Below the pieces are notes generated by a model. It had not been told where the DNA came from, made no database searches, and worked only from the letters and a program-made list of their open reading frames with translations. Below, one piece after another: positions 21,335 through 30,799 of a stretch of DNA of 64,000 nt. Origin of the DNA: an uncultured Eubacteriales bacterium (GTDB lineage Bacteria > Bacillota > Clostridia > Christensenellales > UBA1242). The first letter of the stretch is position 1. Every line of letters starts with the position of its first letter. The stretch spans positions 29,721 through 93,720 of the forward strand of contig CARUPR010000004.1 of the NCBI GenBank assembly GCA_949077035.1, written 5' to 3'. The translations under genes were made by a program, and so were the position numbers.

Positions 21335-21372
21335 AAAATACTTTACCCTCTAAGGAAAGTATTTTTTTAAGT
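21335..21372 (-). terminator. Probable bidirectional terminator downstream of rplI
   Basis: Imperfect hairpin tactttaccctctaaggaaagta flanked by an A-run on one side and a T-run on the other. Confidence 0.45.
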
Positions 21373-21406
21373 AATTAAAATAATAAAAACAATCAATAAT
21401 AAAAGC

Positions 21407-21850
21407 TTATATTGCCTCAACTTCAATCATAATTTTGACAGAAACTGTTGAGTGCAATTTGATATTCACCTCGCTTGAGCCGATTGTGCGGATAGGATTT
21501 TTAAGTTCTATTTTGCGTTTATCCACATCAAAACCTTTTTCACTTAAAACATCGGCAATTTCTTTTGCTGTGATAGAGCCAAAAGTTTTTCCATTTTCTC
21601 CACATTTGATTTTGACAGAAAATTTTTGACCTTTAAGTTTTTCTGCCAATTTTACAGCTTCCTGTCTTTCCATTTCTTTATGATAGTCATTTGCTGCAAT
21701 TTTGGTTTTATTTTCGCTTATTGCACTGTTGTCTGCACGTTTTGCTTTGCCAGTTTTAATCAAGAAATTGTTTGCATAGCCGTCTGAAACTTCTTTGATT
21801 TCTCCCTTTTTACCTGTCCCTCTTACATCTGTCAATAATAATACCTTCAT
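21407..21850 (-). CDS. rplI: 50S ribosomal protein L9
   Basis: '[31 protein letters not shown]' is a typical L9 N-terminus. Start taken at the internal ATG preceded by AAAGGAGCAAACTT; the track ORF extends to 21907. Confidence 0.9.
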   Translation of the reverse strand: MKVLLLTDVRGTGKKGEIKEVSDGYANNFLIKTGKAKRADNSAISENKTKIAANDYHKEMERQEAVKLAEKLKGQKFSVKIKCGENGKTFGSITAKEIADVLSEKGFDVDKRKIELKNPIRTIGSSEVNIKLHSTVSVKIMIEVEAI

Positions 21851-21975
21851 AAGTTTGCTCCTTTTATTGCCTTTTATCATTGTAGTTGAGATTGTTTTTT
21901 TTGTCAAATAAATAGCATAAACGATTGATTAAATAATAGGAAATTGTCAATAATTTTGTTTGAGGAGGCATTATT

Positions 21976-22290
21976 ATGGATATTAGATGCAGAAAAGGGC
22001 TTTGCAAATATAATGACAGATTCACTTGCAAGGCAAAAAAAATATTGGTAGATGGTCAGATTGTATGCTCGACTTATGAAATGGATGAGGGAAAAGAGGT
22101 GCAGGATGTGACAAAACATTTGTTTACACAGGTGCCCGATTATGCGCCGCAACGTGACAGCAAGACCCTTGAAATAAAGTGCAAGGCAGATTGTCTTTTC
22201 AATCATAATGGCGATTGTGTATCAAATGGAATAACCCTAAATTCAATCAAAGAAAAACCCTTTTGCGTGTCCTATTTAAGGAAAAATTAA
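21976..22290 (+). CDS. Small Cys-rich protein, DUF1540-like (two repeats)
   Basis: Two copies of the pattern 'C..(G)(L)C.YN....C.A..I.V' ('IRCRKGLCKYNDRFTCKAKKILV' and 'IKCKADCLFNHNGDCVSNGITL'). RBS GAGGAGG upstream. Confidence 0.5.
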   Translation: MDIRCRKGLCKYNDRFTCKAKKILVDGQIVCSTYEMDEGKEVQDVTKHLFTQVPDYAPQRDSKTLEIKCKADCLFNHNGDCVSNGITLNSIKEKPFCVSYLRKN

Positions 22291-22382
22291 AAAAATATTT
22301 TGACAATTGGATAGTTTTGAACTATAATAAAATTATGAAATTTTTTGATGAAGTTGGTTTTGTCAGCGAGAAGGAGAAATCT

Positions 22383-23768
22383 ATGGCAAGTGCGAATGAT
22401 GTGAAGGAAGAAAAACAACAAGAAAAACAGGCTGAAGAGAAGCAAGAGCTTAAACCATATCCTGTTTTTGGAAATGATTTTGAGGTAAGCCAACCTGCTT
22501 TTGTCAATTTTTATAAATACAGAATGAAGACAATGGTTTTGAAATATAAACTTGTGGGAAGAGTTGATGAAAATGGCAAATATGTCATTAATAATTTAAT
22601 CAAACGCGACCTTGTCAATATGGAAAAGGAAATTGAAGACCAGGGCGAAGAGTATTATAAAGCCATCGCTCTTTATATGAAAAAGCATTTTTATTATACT
22701 ATAAAGATAAAAAAACAGGAAGAGGGTAAGGCGGTTGCTTCGCTGTATTTGGCAGAATATGTTGACAACTTCTTAGGTCATGAATACATCGTTTCTCATG
22801 TCGCCGATTATATTGATGACTATGATGATGATTTTCGTGTTAAGGTGAGAAAGGCCTTCCACCTTGTTGACGTAAAGGTGAAAGTTGATGACTTTGATGT
22901 GCCAGAACTTGCGGTTATTATGCAAGACGCCTTTGATTTTGAGCTTATCACAGGTTCGCTTTATGATTCTGCTGCACAAATCTTTGTTATGAGCATGCTT
23001 AAAGAGCTTGAGGAAGCAGGGCCTCTGGGGCAAGAACTTCTTGCAAAATATAGATTGCTTCTTTCTGAAAGCGATATTGAAATCAATGAAAAGTTTAGAT
23101 ACACAAGCTATAAAGCACTGCTTGACAGGTTGATGGATGAATATGGCGGCTATGAAAAAATGGGACTTGACCCTGAAAAAGTGCAAAGAATTGTGCTTGA
23201 AATGAATAGAACGCTTATGCAAATAGACAAAGCTGCATCAAGAGGACCTCTTGAAATGGAAGCTCATCAAAATAAAGATAAGAAAGTCCTTTCTGCCGGC
23301 AAAAAATCACAAGCTAAGAAGTCTGCAGCAAAGAAAAATGATGGGGCAAAGGCAGACAAGAAGAAGGATGCCAAAAAGGATAAGAAGGAAGAAAAGGGAC
23401 CTGGTGTAACCTTGGATAGCCCATCTAGTTCATCTTCTTCATCCAGCAGCGGCCTTGGCGATTTTATCATGGATATGGCTGGCATAGTTTTAAGTGCTGC
23501 GACAGAAAGTGTTGTGTCAAACATCAAAGATGTTATCAAAGATTTCGCTGATACAGCAATGCGCCCACAAAATATTGACGCAGGCGATAGACATCAAAAT
23601 AGTTATCAAAGGTCTGAATCAAAGGAAGAGGAAGAGTGGGGAAAGATTTTTGAAACAAGTATTGAAAGCGGAGATGGCAGTGGCATTGAAGTTGAAAGCG
23701 GCGGCTTAGGCATTAATGCTGAAGAGGCTGACGAGCTTCATGTTGAAATTGAAATGCAACAATTCTGA
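22383..23768 (+). CDS. Hypothetical protein with a Lys-rich and poly-Ser low-complexity C-terminal half
   Basis: Long ORF. Start chosen at the ATG preceded by AAGGAGAAATCT (MASANDV...); the 22215 track start overlaps the previous gene. Contains 'KKSQAKKSAAKKNDGAKADKKKDAKKDKKEEK' and an S9 run. Confidence 0.6.
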   Translation: MASANDVKEEKQQEKQAEEKQELKPYPVFGNDFEVSQPAFVNFYKYRMKTMVLKYKLVGRVDENGKYVINNLIKRDLVNMEKEIEDQGEEYYKAIALYMKKHFYYTIKIKKQEEGKAVASLYLAEYVDNFLGHEYIVSHVADYIDDYDDDFRVKVRKAFHLVDVKVKVDDFDVPELAVIMQDAFDFELITGSLYDSAAQIFVMSMLKELEEAGPLGQELLAKYRLLLSESDIEINEKFRYTSYKALLDRLMDEYGGYEKMGLDPEKVQRIVLEMNRTLMQIDKAASRGPLEMEAHQNKDKKVLSAGKKSQAKKSAAKKNDGAKADKKKDAKKDKKEEKGPGVTLDSPSSSSSSSSSGLGDFIMDMAGIVLSAATESVVSNIKDVIKDFADTAMRPQNIDAGDRHQNSYQRSESKEEEEWGKIFETSIESGDGSGIEVESGGLGINAEEADELHVEIEMQQF

Positions 23769-23811
23769 GATTAATTTATTGTTTGATTCATTTTTAAAAA
23801 ATAAAACAAAA

Positions 23812-23842
23812 AAACCTTAATATTATGATTAAGGTTTTTTTA
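23812..23842 (+). terminator. Rho-independent terminator
   Basis: Stem aacctta/taaggtt followed by T7. Confidence 0.7.
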
Positions 23843-23878
23843 GTGACGCAAGATAGGCGTAAGCGCTTTCTTGTTTTA

Positions 23879-24973
23879 TCATTTTTTATTGTCTGATAAA
23901 TCATCTTTGTTTGTGTTTTGGTTTTCTTCTTTTAATAATGACGAATCATCTTTGTTTTCGGTTTGGTTTTCCTCTGTCAAATCATCTTTATTAGTGTTTG
24001 GGCTTTCTTCGTTTAATAATGATATATCGGATATATTTTCATTATTTTCTTTTGATTGAGATTCTGTCAGTAAAGCATCATGAGAGGTGTCTGATGGATT
24101 GCTTTCCTTTTGCAAATTTTCTTCAGCATTTTTTAAAGCCAATTCATCATTATTAGCCAGCGCCAATTCATCATTTTTTCGTTTTTCTTTTATGTATTTG
24201 TTCCACTTTATATATCCATATGTGGTGTTTGTCAGATATCCTGCCTTAAGCACAAGCAATATCCATTGACCTGCCATTATATTTATCGCAATTTCAAGAA
24301 AGGTGCATATATACCAGGCTATCCATTGCTCTTGATAGCGGAAGAGTATAAACAATCCATTTGCAATGCCGACCGCGCTGCAGCAAGCATCAAAATAGCA
24401 AACAACTTTTTCAAGCACAGGTGAAGAAGAGAGAATACCATTTTCAACATCGATGAGGGTAAGAAGATATCCAATTCCAACCGTCCAAATGATAATTCCT
24501 GCAATGACTGCAACTTCCTGCCAGCCTTTAAGTTTGCGGACTTCGGTAAGTTCGGTTTCACGTTTGTCAGGGTGGCGGTGCCATACAAAGAAGCTGACAA
24601 TATCCACCGGTATCCAGAAGAAGATTGTGACTGCCATAGTGGCAAATCGATATGCACAAACAATACAAATTGCAATCTCTGTAAATTCAACAATCAAAGA
24701 AACCAAAAAGTTCCATTTTGACTGCTTTGATATGAGAAGCTCGCAAAGTATATTTGAAAAGATGTCAATAAGATAGAGTGCCATGATGACCTTTCCATTT
24801 ATTCCACCCACATCTTCTTCAGGAAAAACAAAGGCAAATACAAAGGCTAAAATAGTGATAGTGAGAAACCAAAGTTTTTCATAAAGTGAAAAATAATTCC
24901 AAACCTTGATTGACGCCTGCTTTGTCTTGTTCCAAAAATTATTAAAAAAGTTTTTACATTTGTTTTGTGTCAT
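23879..24973 (-). CDS. PnuC-like (nicotinamide riboside-type) transporter with a repeat-containing C-terminal tail
   Basis: Seven or more TM segments with PnuC-like Trp-rich motifs ('FFWIPVDIVSFFVWHRH', 'YGYIKWNKY'). About 100 aa of hydrophilic tail carries 'NDELAL' x2 and 'LL(N/K)EE..NTNKDDL' x2 repeats. Confidence 0.55.
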   Translation of the reverse strand: MTQNKCKNFFNNFWNKTKQASIKVWNYFSLYEKLWFLTITILAFVFAFVFPEEDVGGINGKVIMALYLIDIFSNILCELLISKQSKWNFLVSLIVEFTEIAICIVCAYRFATMAVTIFFWIPVDIVSFFVWHRHPDKRETELTEVRKLKGWQEVAVIAGIIIWTVGIGYLLTLIDVENGILSSSPVLEKVVCYFDACCSAVGIANGLFILFRYQEQWIAWYICTFLEIAINIMAGQWILLVLKAGYLTNTTYGYIKWNKYIKEKRKNDELALANNDELALKNAEENLQKESNPSDTSHDALLTESQSKENNENISDISLLNEESPNTNKDDLTEENQTENKDDSSLLKEENQNTNKDDLSDNKK

Positions 24974-25210
24974 AATATTCCCTTATGTGATTTTATTTTG
25001 TTTAAACTAAATATCAAATCCTTTTATTAAAAAAAGATAAACTAAATGTCTTAAAATTCTCTAAAAAAACCTTTAAATCGACTTTAAAAGAAAAGAATAT
25101 TTAATTTAAAAACTAAGAATATATTTTAATTATTTTGGGGGATTTTGTCAACAAAATGCAAAACAAAAAAAGTTTTGCATACTTTTATTTTCTTTAGACA
25201 TCATAAAACC

Positions 25211-26731
25211 ATGAAAAATAATGTTGGAAATGGTGCTTTTATTCTGATTTTAAGCGGTATTATCTGCAAATTTTTTGGCGGTCTTTTTAGGCTTCCGCTC
25301 ACAAACATTATTGGCATGGAGGGCATTGGAATTTTTCAGATGGTCATGTCTATCTATTCTCTGGCTTTGGTTTTTGTTTCGGGCGGTGTGACAAATGCAC
25401 TTTCAAAGCTTGTTTCAAGTGCAAGGGCGAGAGGAGACTATAAGGTTGTTGGCTCATATCTGCGATATGGTCTTATATTCAGTTTGGGGCTTGGTGGCTT
25501 GTTTGCAATATTATTTCTTTTGTTTTCAAGGCCGATTGCCGCAGTTCAGGGGATTGACGAGGGTGCAAATTGTTATCTTCTTATTGCATTAATTCTTCCT
25601 CTTGGTGCCTTTGTCGGGGTTATGCGTGGGCTTATGCAGGGCTATAACAACATGACACCAACAGCGGTCAGTCAAATTATCGAGCAGGTGGCAAAGTTTG
25701 GGTTTGGGCTTGTTTTTGCCTATCTTTTAAGCGGTGGCGGTGTTGCAAGAGGGGTTTTTGGTGCCTTTTTGGGAATACTTACAAGCGAGGTCCTTGCCTC
25801 TGTATATCTTGCCTATTGTGGTTTGCATATCAAAAATCTCGATTTTAACAAATCGGGCAAAAGAGAATTTTTTGTGGCATCTCTGCCCCTTTCTTTTGGT
25901 GGAGTTATCGTCCCTCTCGCACACGCGATAGAGTCACTTTTTATCATTTCGCTGCTTACAAAGGCGGGGCTGTCAAAGAATGTTGCGACCTCCCTCTATG
26001 GTCTTCAAACAGGGGTTGTTGGTGCGATTTTAAACTTTCCTCTTATCATATCGGTTGCAGTAGCAGTTTCACTTTTGCCAAATATCTCATTTCTTGTGGC
26101 TAAAGGCGACAGAGAAGGGCAGAAGGTTTTGATTGAAAAGTCCTTTCTTGCAATGTGGTATATCTTGCTGCCTTTGGTAGTAGGCATAATGGCGATTGCA
26201 GGAGGACTTTATCCGCTTATCTATCCAGGTGTTATTGGCGGCTATAATAAGATTGCTATGCAGCTGACATATCTAAGCGGTCTTTCTATTATTCTTACCG
26301 CAATAATGCAATTTCTGCTTTCAATCTTGCAGGCAAATGGATATTATAGCTATTCTTTCGCCTTCAGTCTTATTGGCGGAGTTGGAAAGATTGCCTTTCT
26401 GTTTATATTTGCACCACTCCACCAAATTTCAATTTATTCAATTGCAATAAGCAATATCGTCCTTTCACTTATCGTGTCTATTTGCGTGCTGATAAAACTT
26501 GGGTCACTTATTAAACTGCCTTTCTTTGATTGTGTGTTGCCCATTTTGTCTGTTGCAATCATGTTTATGATTGTTAAGATTTTTCTGTCTTTGATGACAG
26601 GTTATTTGGCACTTTTGCTGGCAGTCATCTTGGGCATGGCGACATATTTTATTTTGTCACTGCCGCTTACCTCAAAATATTTTAAAATGATTTTAGATAA
26701 ATTTGCAGGAAGAAATGTGAAAGAAAGTTGA
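25211..26731 (+). CDS. MOP-superfamily flippase, SpoVB/YtgP/MurJ-like polysaccharide biosynthesis protein
   Basis: Polytopic membrane protein. 'ALSKLVSSARARGD' and 'VMRGLMQGYNNMTPTAVSQIIEQ' closely parallel B. subtilis SpoVB motifs. Start at the ATG at 25211 (MKNNVGNG). Confidence 0.75.
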   Translation: MKNNVGNGAFILILSGIICKFFGGLFRLPLTNIIGMEGIGIFQMVMSIYSLALVFVSGGVTNALSKLVSSARARGDYKVVGSYLRYGLIFSLGLGGLFAILFLLFSRPIAAVQGIDEGANCYLLIALILPLGAFVGVMRGLMQGYNNMTPTAVSQIIEQVAKFGFGLVFAYLLSGGGVARGVFGAFLGILTSEVLASVYLAYCGLHIKNLDFNKSGKREFFVASLPLSFGGVIVPLAHAIESLFIISLLTKAGLSKNVATSLYGLQTGVVGAILNFPLIISVAVAVSLLPNISFLVAKGDREGQKVLIEKSFLAMWYILLPLVVGIMAIAGGLYPLIYPGVIGGYNKIAMQLTYLSGLSIILTAIMQFLLSILQANGYYSYSFAFSLIGGVGKIAFLFIFAPLHQISIYSIAISNIVLSLIVSICVLIKLGSLIKLPFFDCVLPILSVAIMFMIVKIFLSLMTGYLALLLAVILGMATYFILSLPLTSKYFKMILDKFAGRNVKES

Positions 26732-26884
26732 AAGAAAAAGTAAAAAATAAAAAGTTTCATAAAGAAAAAATTAAAAAAGGGAAAATAAAAAATTTTTTAA
26801 TAAAAAAAGAGGAGAAAAAAGGACTGAAAATATATCAGCCCTTTTTAAATTTATTTAGATTATTTTGGAATTTTTAAAATTTGT

Positions 26885-28498
26885 TTATAATGGCAAATCT
26901 TTCTTTTTAAATTTGAATATTGAAATTGCAAAACATACAATGCCAATTGCTATTAAAATTGCCCCCTTCCAAATAAAAGCGGTTGTTCCTGCAAGGATTG
27001 ACAGGCAATCAAAAAGTGTTATGATTGAAAGATAATTGAATACATCCATTGCGCCAACTCTCATCATACTTGGAATTGTAGGTGAGCCAAACAATCCGAG
27101 AATTGTAGCCACAAAGAAAAACATTGAAAGTCCGCCACCGATAGACATTGCAAGTTTGCTTCTGTTAAACCAGCTTGAAGTCAAGAAACAGATTCCAGAG
27201 ATTGCAAACATGGTGACAAATGCGCCAAGATTGAGAAGAATCATTTGCGAGTAAGTTATTGAAATCGAGCCGCCTGCAATAGCAAGGCTTACAAGTCCGA
27301 CAATGGTTGTGCATAAAAACATTGCAAAAAGTGAAAATACAAGGTATGCCATTTGAGTCAGTGAAATGGTTGTTCTTTTTGTAGGAGTTGAAAGCACAAA
27401 TGCCATAGAGCCGCTGTCAACCTGAGAAGAAATCAAGTTGTTTGAAGCCATGATGATATACACGATTGGCAAGAGGATGCCTGCCATTTTAAAGAACATA
27501 GACCCAATTACAAGTTCGCCCATATCCATATTGCCAAGTTCTTGAAGTGAAGAAGAAATATCTGAAGGAAGTTCATCCAAAAGACTGCCAGAAAGTGAAT
27601 TGATATAATTTATCTTCTCTTCAGCCAAAGCTTGCGATAGCAAAATTTCAATATCCTCTTCGCCAAGTTCTGGGTTTTGCATCATCAGCTCATTTTTAAG
27701 TTGAGCACTTTTATATTCAATTTGCCCGCGATAGGAAATTATCACCTCAAGAGAGATGTCGCCAAGCTGCTCTTTGTCAAAATAATCACTTACCTTGATT
27801 ATTTCACCCTGATTTTCAAACTCCTGTATTATAAAAACCTCTTTTAGGATGTTTGGGATATAGCCTGTTGCGAATATTGAAGGCGATTTTGCCTGCTCAG
27901 AGTTTTGTGAATAACTTAAATAATCATTTACCGCTTGGTGGATAAACAGCTTTGCAGAAAGCGCCATCTCTTGACCATTGCTTTCAAGGATTTGATTATA
28001 GATTTCTTCTTCAATAAGAGTTAAGACATATTGATTGATAGAAGCCTTGTCATAGTTTTCGCCCATTAAAATGTAATAATCAAGAAAGGCAGAGATGGCC
28101 ATTTTGACATCGCCAGTTAGCATAGAAAGAACGGCTGTCTTTGCTTCTTCCGGACTCTTGCCTTGAGAGGTGAGAGAATTAAATTGGGTGACAATCATCT
28201 TCTTCTGCATTGATGAGAGCGAAACATTCAAAAGCTGGTCTAATTCTTGGGTGCTATCGTCAAAATTGACCAAAGCTTCATCTGTCATATTAAAGTATGT
28301 AAGAGATTCTTTTTTGATTGAAGCCTCAACAGAGTCTTTCACAAACAAATCAACCATACCTTTGCTGACCGCTCCTACATTCAAATTTCCAATTACAAGC
28401 ACAAGCACTGCAAGGATTATGCAGGTAATCACTGTTACAAAACTCCATAACCCCAAATTAGCTTTGCAGGATTGTTTAAAAAGTGGTTTGCTAAACAT
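26885..28498 (-). CDS. ABC transporter permease (ABC-2 type) with a large extracytoplasmic loop
   Basis: N-terminal TM helix, a ~300-aa hydrophilic region, then 5 C-terminal TM helices. RBS AAAGGAGGTGTGAA. Lies directly downstream of two ABC ATPase genes. Confidence 0.65.
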   Translation of the reverse strand: MFSKPLFKQSCKANLGLWSFVTVITCIILAVLVLVIGNLNVGAVSKGMVDLFVKDSVEASIKKESLTYFNMTDEALVNFDDSTQELDQLLNVSLSSMQKKMIVTQFNSLTSQGKSPEEAKTAVLSMLTGDVKMAISAFLDYYILMGENYDKASINQYVLTLIEEEIYNQILESNGQEMALSAKLFIHQAVNDYLSYSQNSEQAKSPSIFATGYIPNILKEVFIIQEFENQGEIIKVSDYFDKEQLGDISLEVIISYRGQIEYKSAQLKNELMMQNPELGEEDIEILLSQALAEEKINYINSLSGSLLDELPSDISSSLQELGNMDMGELVIGSMFFKMAGILLPIVYIIMASNNLISSQVDSGSMAFVLSTPTKRTTISLTQMAYLVFSLFAMFLCTTIVGLVSLAIAGGSISITYSQMILLNLGAFVTMFAISGICFLTSSWFNRSKLAMSIGGGLSMFFFVATILGLFGSPTIPSMMRVGAMDVFNYLSIITLFDCLSILAGTTAFIWKGAILIAIGIVCFAISIFKFKKKDLPL

Positions 28499-28526
28499 TT
28501 CACACCTCCTTTGTCTGTTGTTTGGC

Positions 28527-28632
28527 TATAATCTATTGTTTTGTATTAATTTGTTTTTTGTAATAATCTATTGTTTTGTATTAATTTGTTTTTTGGTATT
28601 AATCTATTGTTTTGCAATAATTTGTTGTTTGG
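28527..28632. repeat. 35-bp tandem repeat x3 spanning the 3' end of the ATPase gene
   Basis: ataatctattgttttgtattaatttgttttttgta / ataatctattgttttgtattaatttgttttttggt / attaatctattgttttgcaataatttgttgtttggt. Confidence 0.85.
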
Positions 28633-29695
28633 TTCTAATAAGGTTTAAAAAGTGACGCTCAAGATTATATTGCACCTCTGAGATAAACTTGACAGCTTTA
28701 TCGGATAGAAATTCAAACAGTCGTGATAGGTCATTTTTGTTTATACTTATTGTAAGCTGATTATATTGTGATTGGGTACGGATAATTTCAAAGTCGCTTT
28801 CGCTGGCTTTAATAAAATCCTCCTGATTTAAAAACTCAATTTTCAAATCTCGGACAGGTCTGTTTCTTAATAAATTCATATCGGTTATTTCAACAATTCT
28901 GCCTTTGTCAATTAGGACGACATAATCGCAGACCTGCTCAAGCTCTTCATATATATGAGAGCTGATGAGAATGGTCTTGCCCCTTTTCTTTTCCTCTTCA
29001 ATCAGTTTTAAAAATGCAACACGCATCAGAGGGTCAAGGCCGGTGGTCGGTTCATCCAAAATCAGAATTTCGCTGTCATAGGATAGGGCGGTGACGATAG
29101 CTGTCTTTTGCTTCATACCTTTGCTCATGCGTTTGAGGTTTGCAGTTGGGTCAAGATGAAGGGCTGAAAGAAGCTTGTTTATATTGTTGCCATTGTTGCT
29201 GCCCCGAAGTTCTGCCTGCGACTTTAAAAATGCCGTCCCAGTTTTTAGGTCGGGGAAACCAATTTCGCCGGGCACATAACCAACATATTGTTTGATTTTG
29301 TCGGCATAGCCCCAAGAATCAAGCCCTTTTACCCTTGCATTTCCGCTGTCTGGCTTGATAAAACCCATAATAGCCCTGATAGTTGTGGTTTTGCCGGCAC
29401 CATTTGCACCAACAAAGCCCAAAGTTACACCTTTTTTTATAGAAAAGTTTAAATCGAAGATGCCACGACCTCTTCCATAATCTTTGGTTAAGTTTTTGAC
29501 TATGATGACCTCTGGGCTGTCTTCAAGGTCTTCTGCCTTTTTGTTTTTTGCATAATCATTGTCAAAAACCTTTCTTTCGTTTAAGGCTTGGTTATCATAA
29601 TTTTCAATTAAATTATTCTTTATATCTTGATTTTTAATTAAACCTTGATTTTCAATTAAATCATTTTTGTTTGTTAATTTTTTTTCAATTTTCAT
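28604..29695 (-). CDS. ABC transporter ATP-binding protein with a ~65-aa N-terminal Asn/Gln-rich extension
   Basis: Walker A 'GANGAGKTT', signature-like 'MSKGMKQK', Walker B 'ILILDEPTTGLD'. N-terminus 'NKNDLIENQGLIKNQDIKNNLIENYDNQ'. Confidence 0.85.
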   Translation of the reverse strand: MKIEKKLTNKNDLIENQGLIKNQDIKNNLIENYDNQALNERKVFDNDYAKNKKAEDLEDSPEVIIVKNLTKDYGRGRGIFDLNFSIKKGVTLGFVGANGAGKTTTIRAIMGFIKPDSGNARVKGLDSWGYADKIKQYVGYVPGEIGFPDLKTGTAFLKSQAELRGSNNGNNINKLLSALHLDPTANLKRMSKGMKQKTAIVTALSYDSEILILDEPTTGLDPLMRVAFLKLIEEEKKRGKTILISSHIYEELEQVCDYVVLIDKGRIVEITDMNLLRNRPVRDLKIEFLNQEDFIKASESDFEIIRTQSQYNQLTISINKNDLSRLFEFLSDKAVKFISEVQYNLERHFLNLIRTKQQIIAKQ

Positions 29696-29704
29696 GCCAG
29701 CCTC

Positions 29705-30592
29705 CTATTTATAAAATTTCATAAAATAATCTTCAAGGCTTTCTTTTAGGTGACGAAAATCGGTCAACTTTCTTTTTGTAAGTGCTTTAATCAAAGAGTT
29801 TATATTTTCATCGGAAAGTGCAAGGGTTAAGTTTTTTTCCTCTTCAGATACTATTTTGCAATCAAAGTTAAGACAATTTTTGCATTCCTCTTTGTCCTTC
29901 AAATTTTCAAAATCAATTGAATAAACTTTCTCATTATTATGTTTTATCATTGATGCATCAAACTGGCTGACAATTTTTCCTTCTTTGATTATTGCAATCC
30001 TGTCACAAGTTGCCTCAATTTCGCTGAAGATATGACTGGAAAGCAAAATTGTTTTGCCCCTCTTTTTTTCTTGCCTAACAAATTCAATAAATTTTTGCTG
30101 CATTTCAAAGTCAAGACCGCTTGTTGGCTCATCCAAAATTAATATGTCGGCATCATTTAAAAAGGCGGCGATGATTGCAAGCTTGCGTTTGTCGCCAAGG
30201 CTCATTTTCTTTGTTTCGCCTATCGGATTAAATTCAAAATAATCAAGAAGGTATCTTATTCGAGCATCATCTTTTACATCTTTAAGTTTTTTCATCATGT
30301 CGATAAACTGCCAGCCTGTCAAACCGCTTGGCAGGGCAATTTCACCAGGCAGATAACCAACTTTTGCCATGAATTTGTCAAGATGGTCAAAACTTTCTTG
30401 TCCTAAAATTTTGGTTTCCCCGCTATCAGGTCTGCTAAACCCCATAAGATGACGTATGGTTGTGGATTTGCCGGCTCCATTCGGCCCTAAGAAACCAAAA
30501 ACCTCGCCCTCATCAATTGAGAAAGAAACATCAAAAACCCCTCGACCATGGCCATAATTCTTTGTTAGATTTTTTACCTCTATTTTTGCCAT
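29705..30592 (-). CDS. ABC transporter ATP-binding protein
   Basis: Walker A 'GPNGAGKST', 'MSLGDKRKLAI', Walker B 'ILILDEPTSGLD'. RBS AAGGAGG. Confidence 0.9.
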   Translation of the reverse strand: MAKIEVKNLTKNYGHGRGVFDVSFSIDEGEVFGFLGPNGAGKSTTIRHLMGFSRPDSGETKILGQESFDHLDKFMAKVGYLPGEIALPSGLTGWQFIDMMKKLKDVKDDARIRYLLDYFEFNPIGETKKMSLGDKRKLAIIAAFLNDADILILDEPTSGLDFEMQQKFIEFVRQEKKRGKTILLSSHIFSEIEATCDRIAIIKEGKIVSQFDASMIKHNNEKVYSIDFENLKDKEECKNCLNFDCKIVSEEEKNLTLALSDENINSLIKALTKRKLTDFRHLKESLEDYFMKFYK

Positions 30593-30688
30593 ATTGTCCT
30601 CCTTATTTAAACTAAATTGTTAGACAGGTGTATATTTTTTTGACATCAGTATAATTATATGGTAAAATATAATAAAACTCAACATTTA

Positions 30689-30745
30689 TATTTGACGTGT
30701 TAAGGCAAAATGTCAAATAGTTGACAATAAACAAAAAATTGTCGA
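30689..30745. promoter_or_regulatory. Cluster of TTGACA/TGTCAA-type inverted repeats (candidate TetR operator) in the divergent ABC/TetR region
   Basis: TATTTGAC-N15-GTCAAATA, GTCAA-ATAG-TTGAC and TTGACAAT-N9-ATTGTCGA are all packed into 57 bp. Confidence 0.3.
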
Positions 30746-30799
30746 AAAACTTATTTTATTAATGAAAAAAATAGCATTATAAAAAATAAAGGGAGAAAG

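Noticed and set aside
21904-22206. 100-aa minus-strand ORF, and the 22215..22382 N-terminal extension of the 517-aa ORF.
   Set aside because: The minus ORF overlaps the better-supported DUF1540-like gene. The extension overlaps that gene's 3' end and lacks an RBS, whereas the ATG at 22383 has AAGGAGA.
24974-25144. Possible riboswitch (NAD/TPP/pnuC-motif type) upstream of the PnuC-like gene.
   Set aside because: The region is almost pure A/T with no conserved-looking helices. Nothing supports a structured leader.
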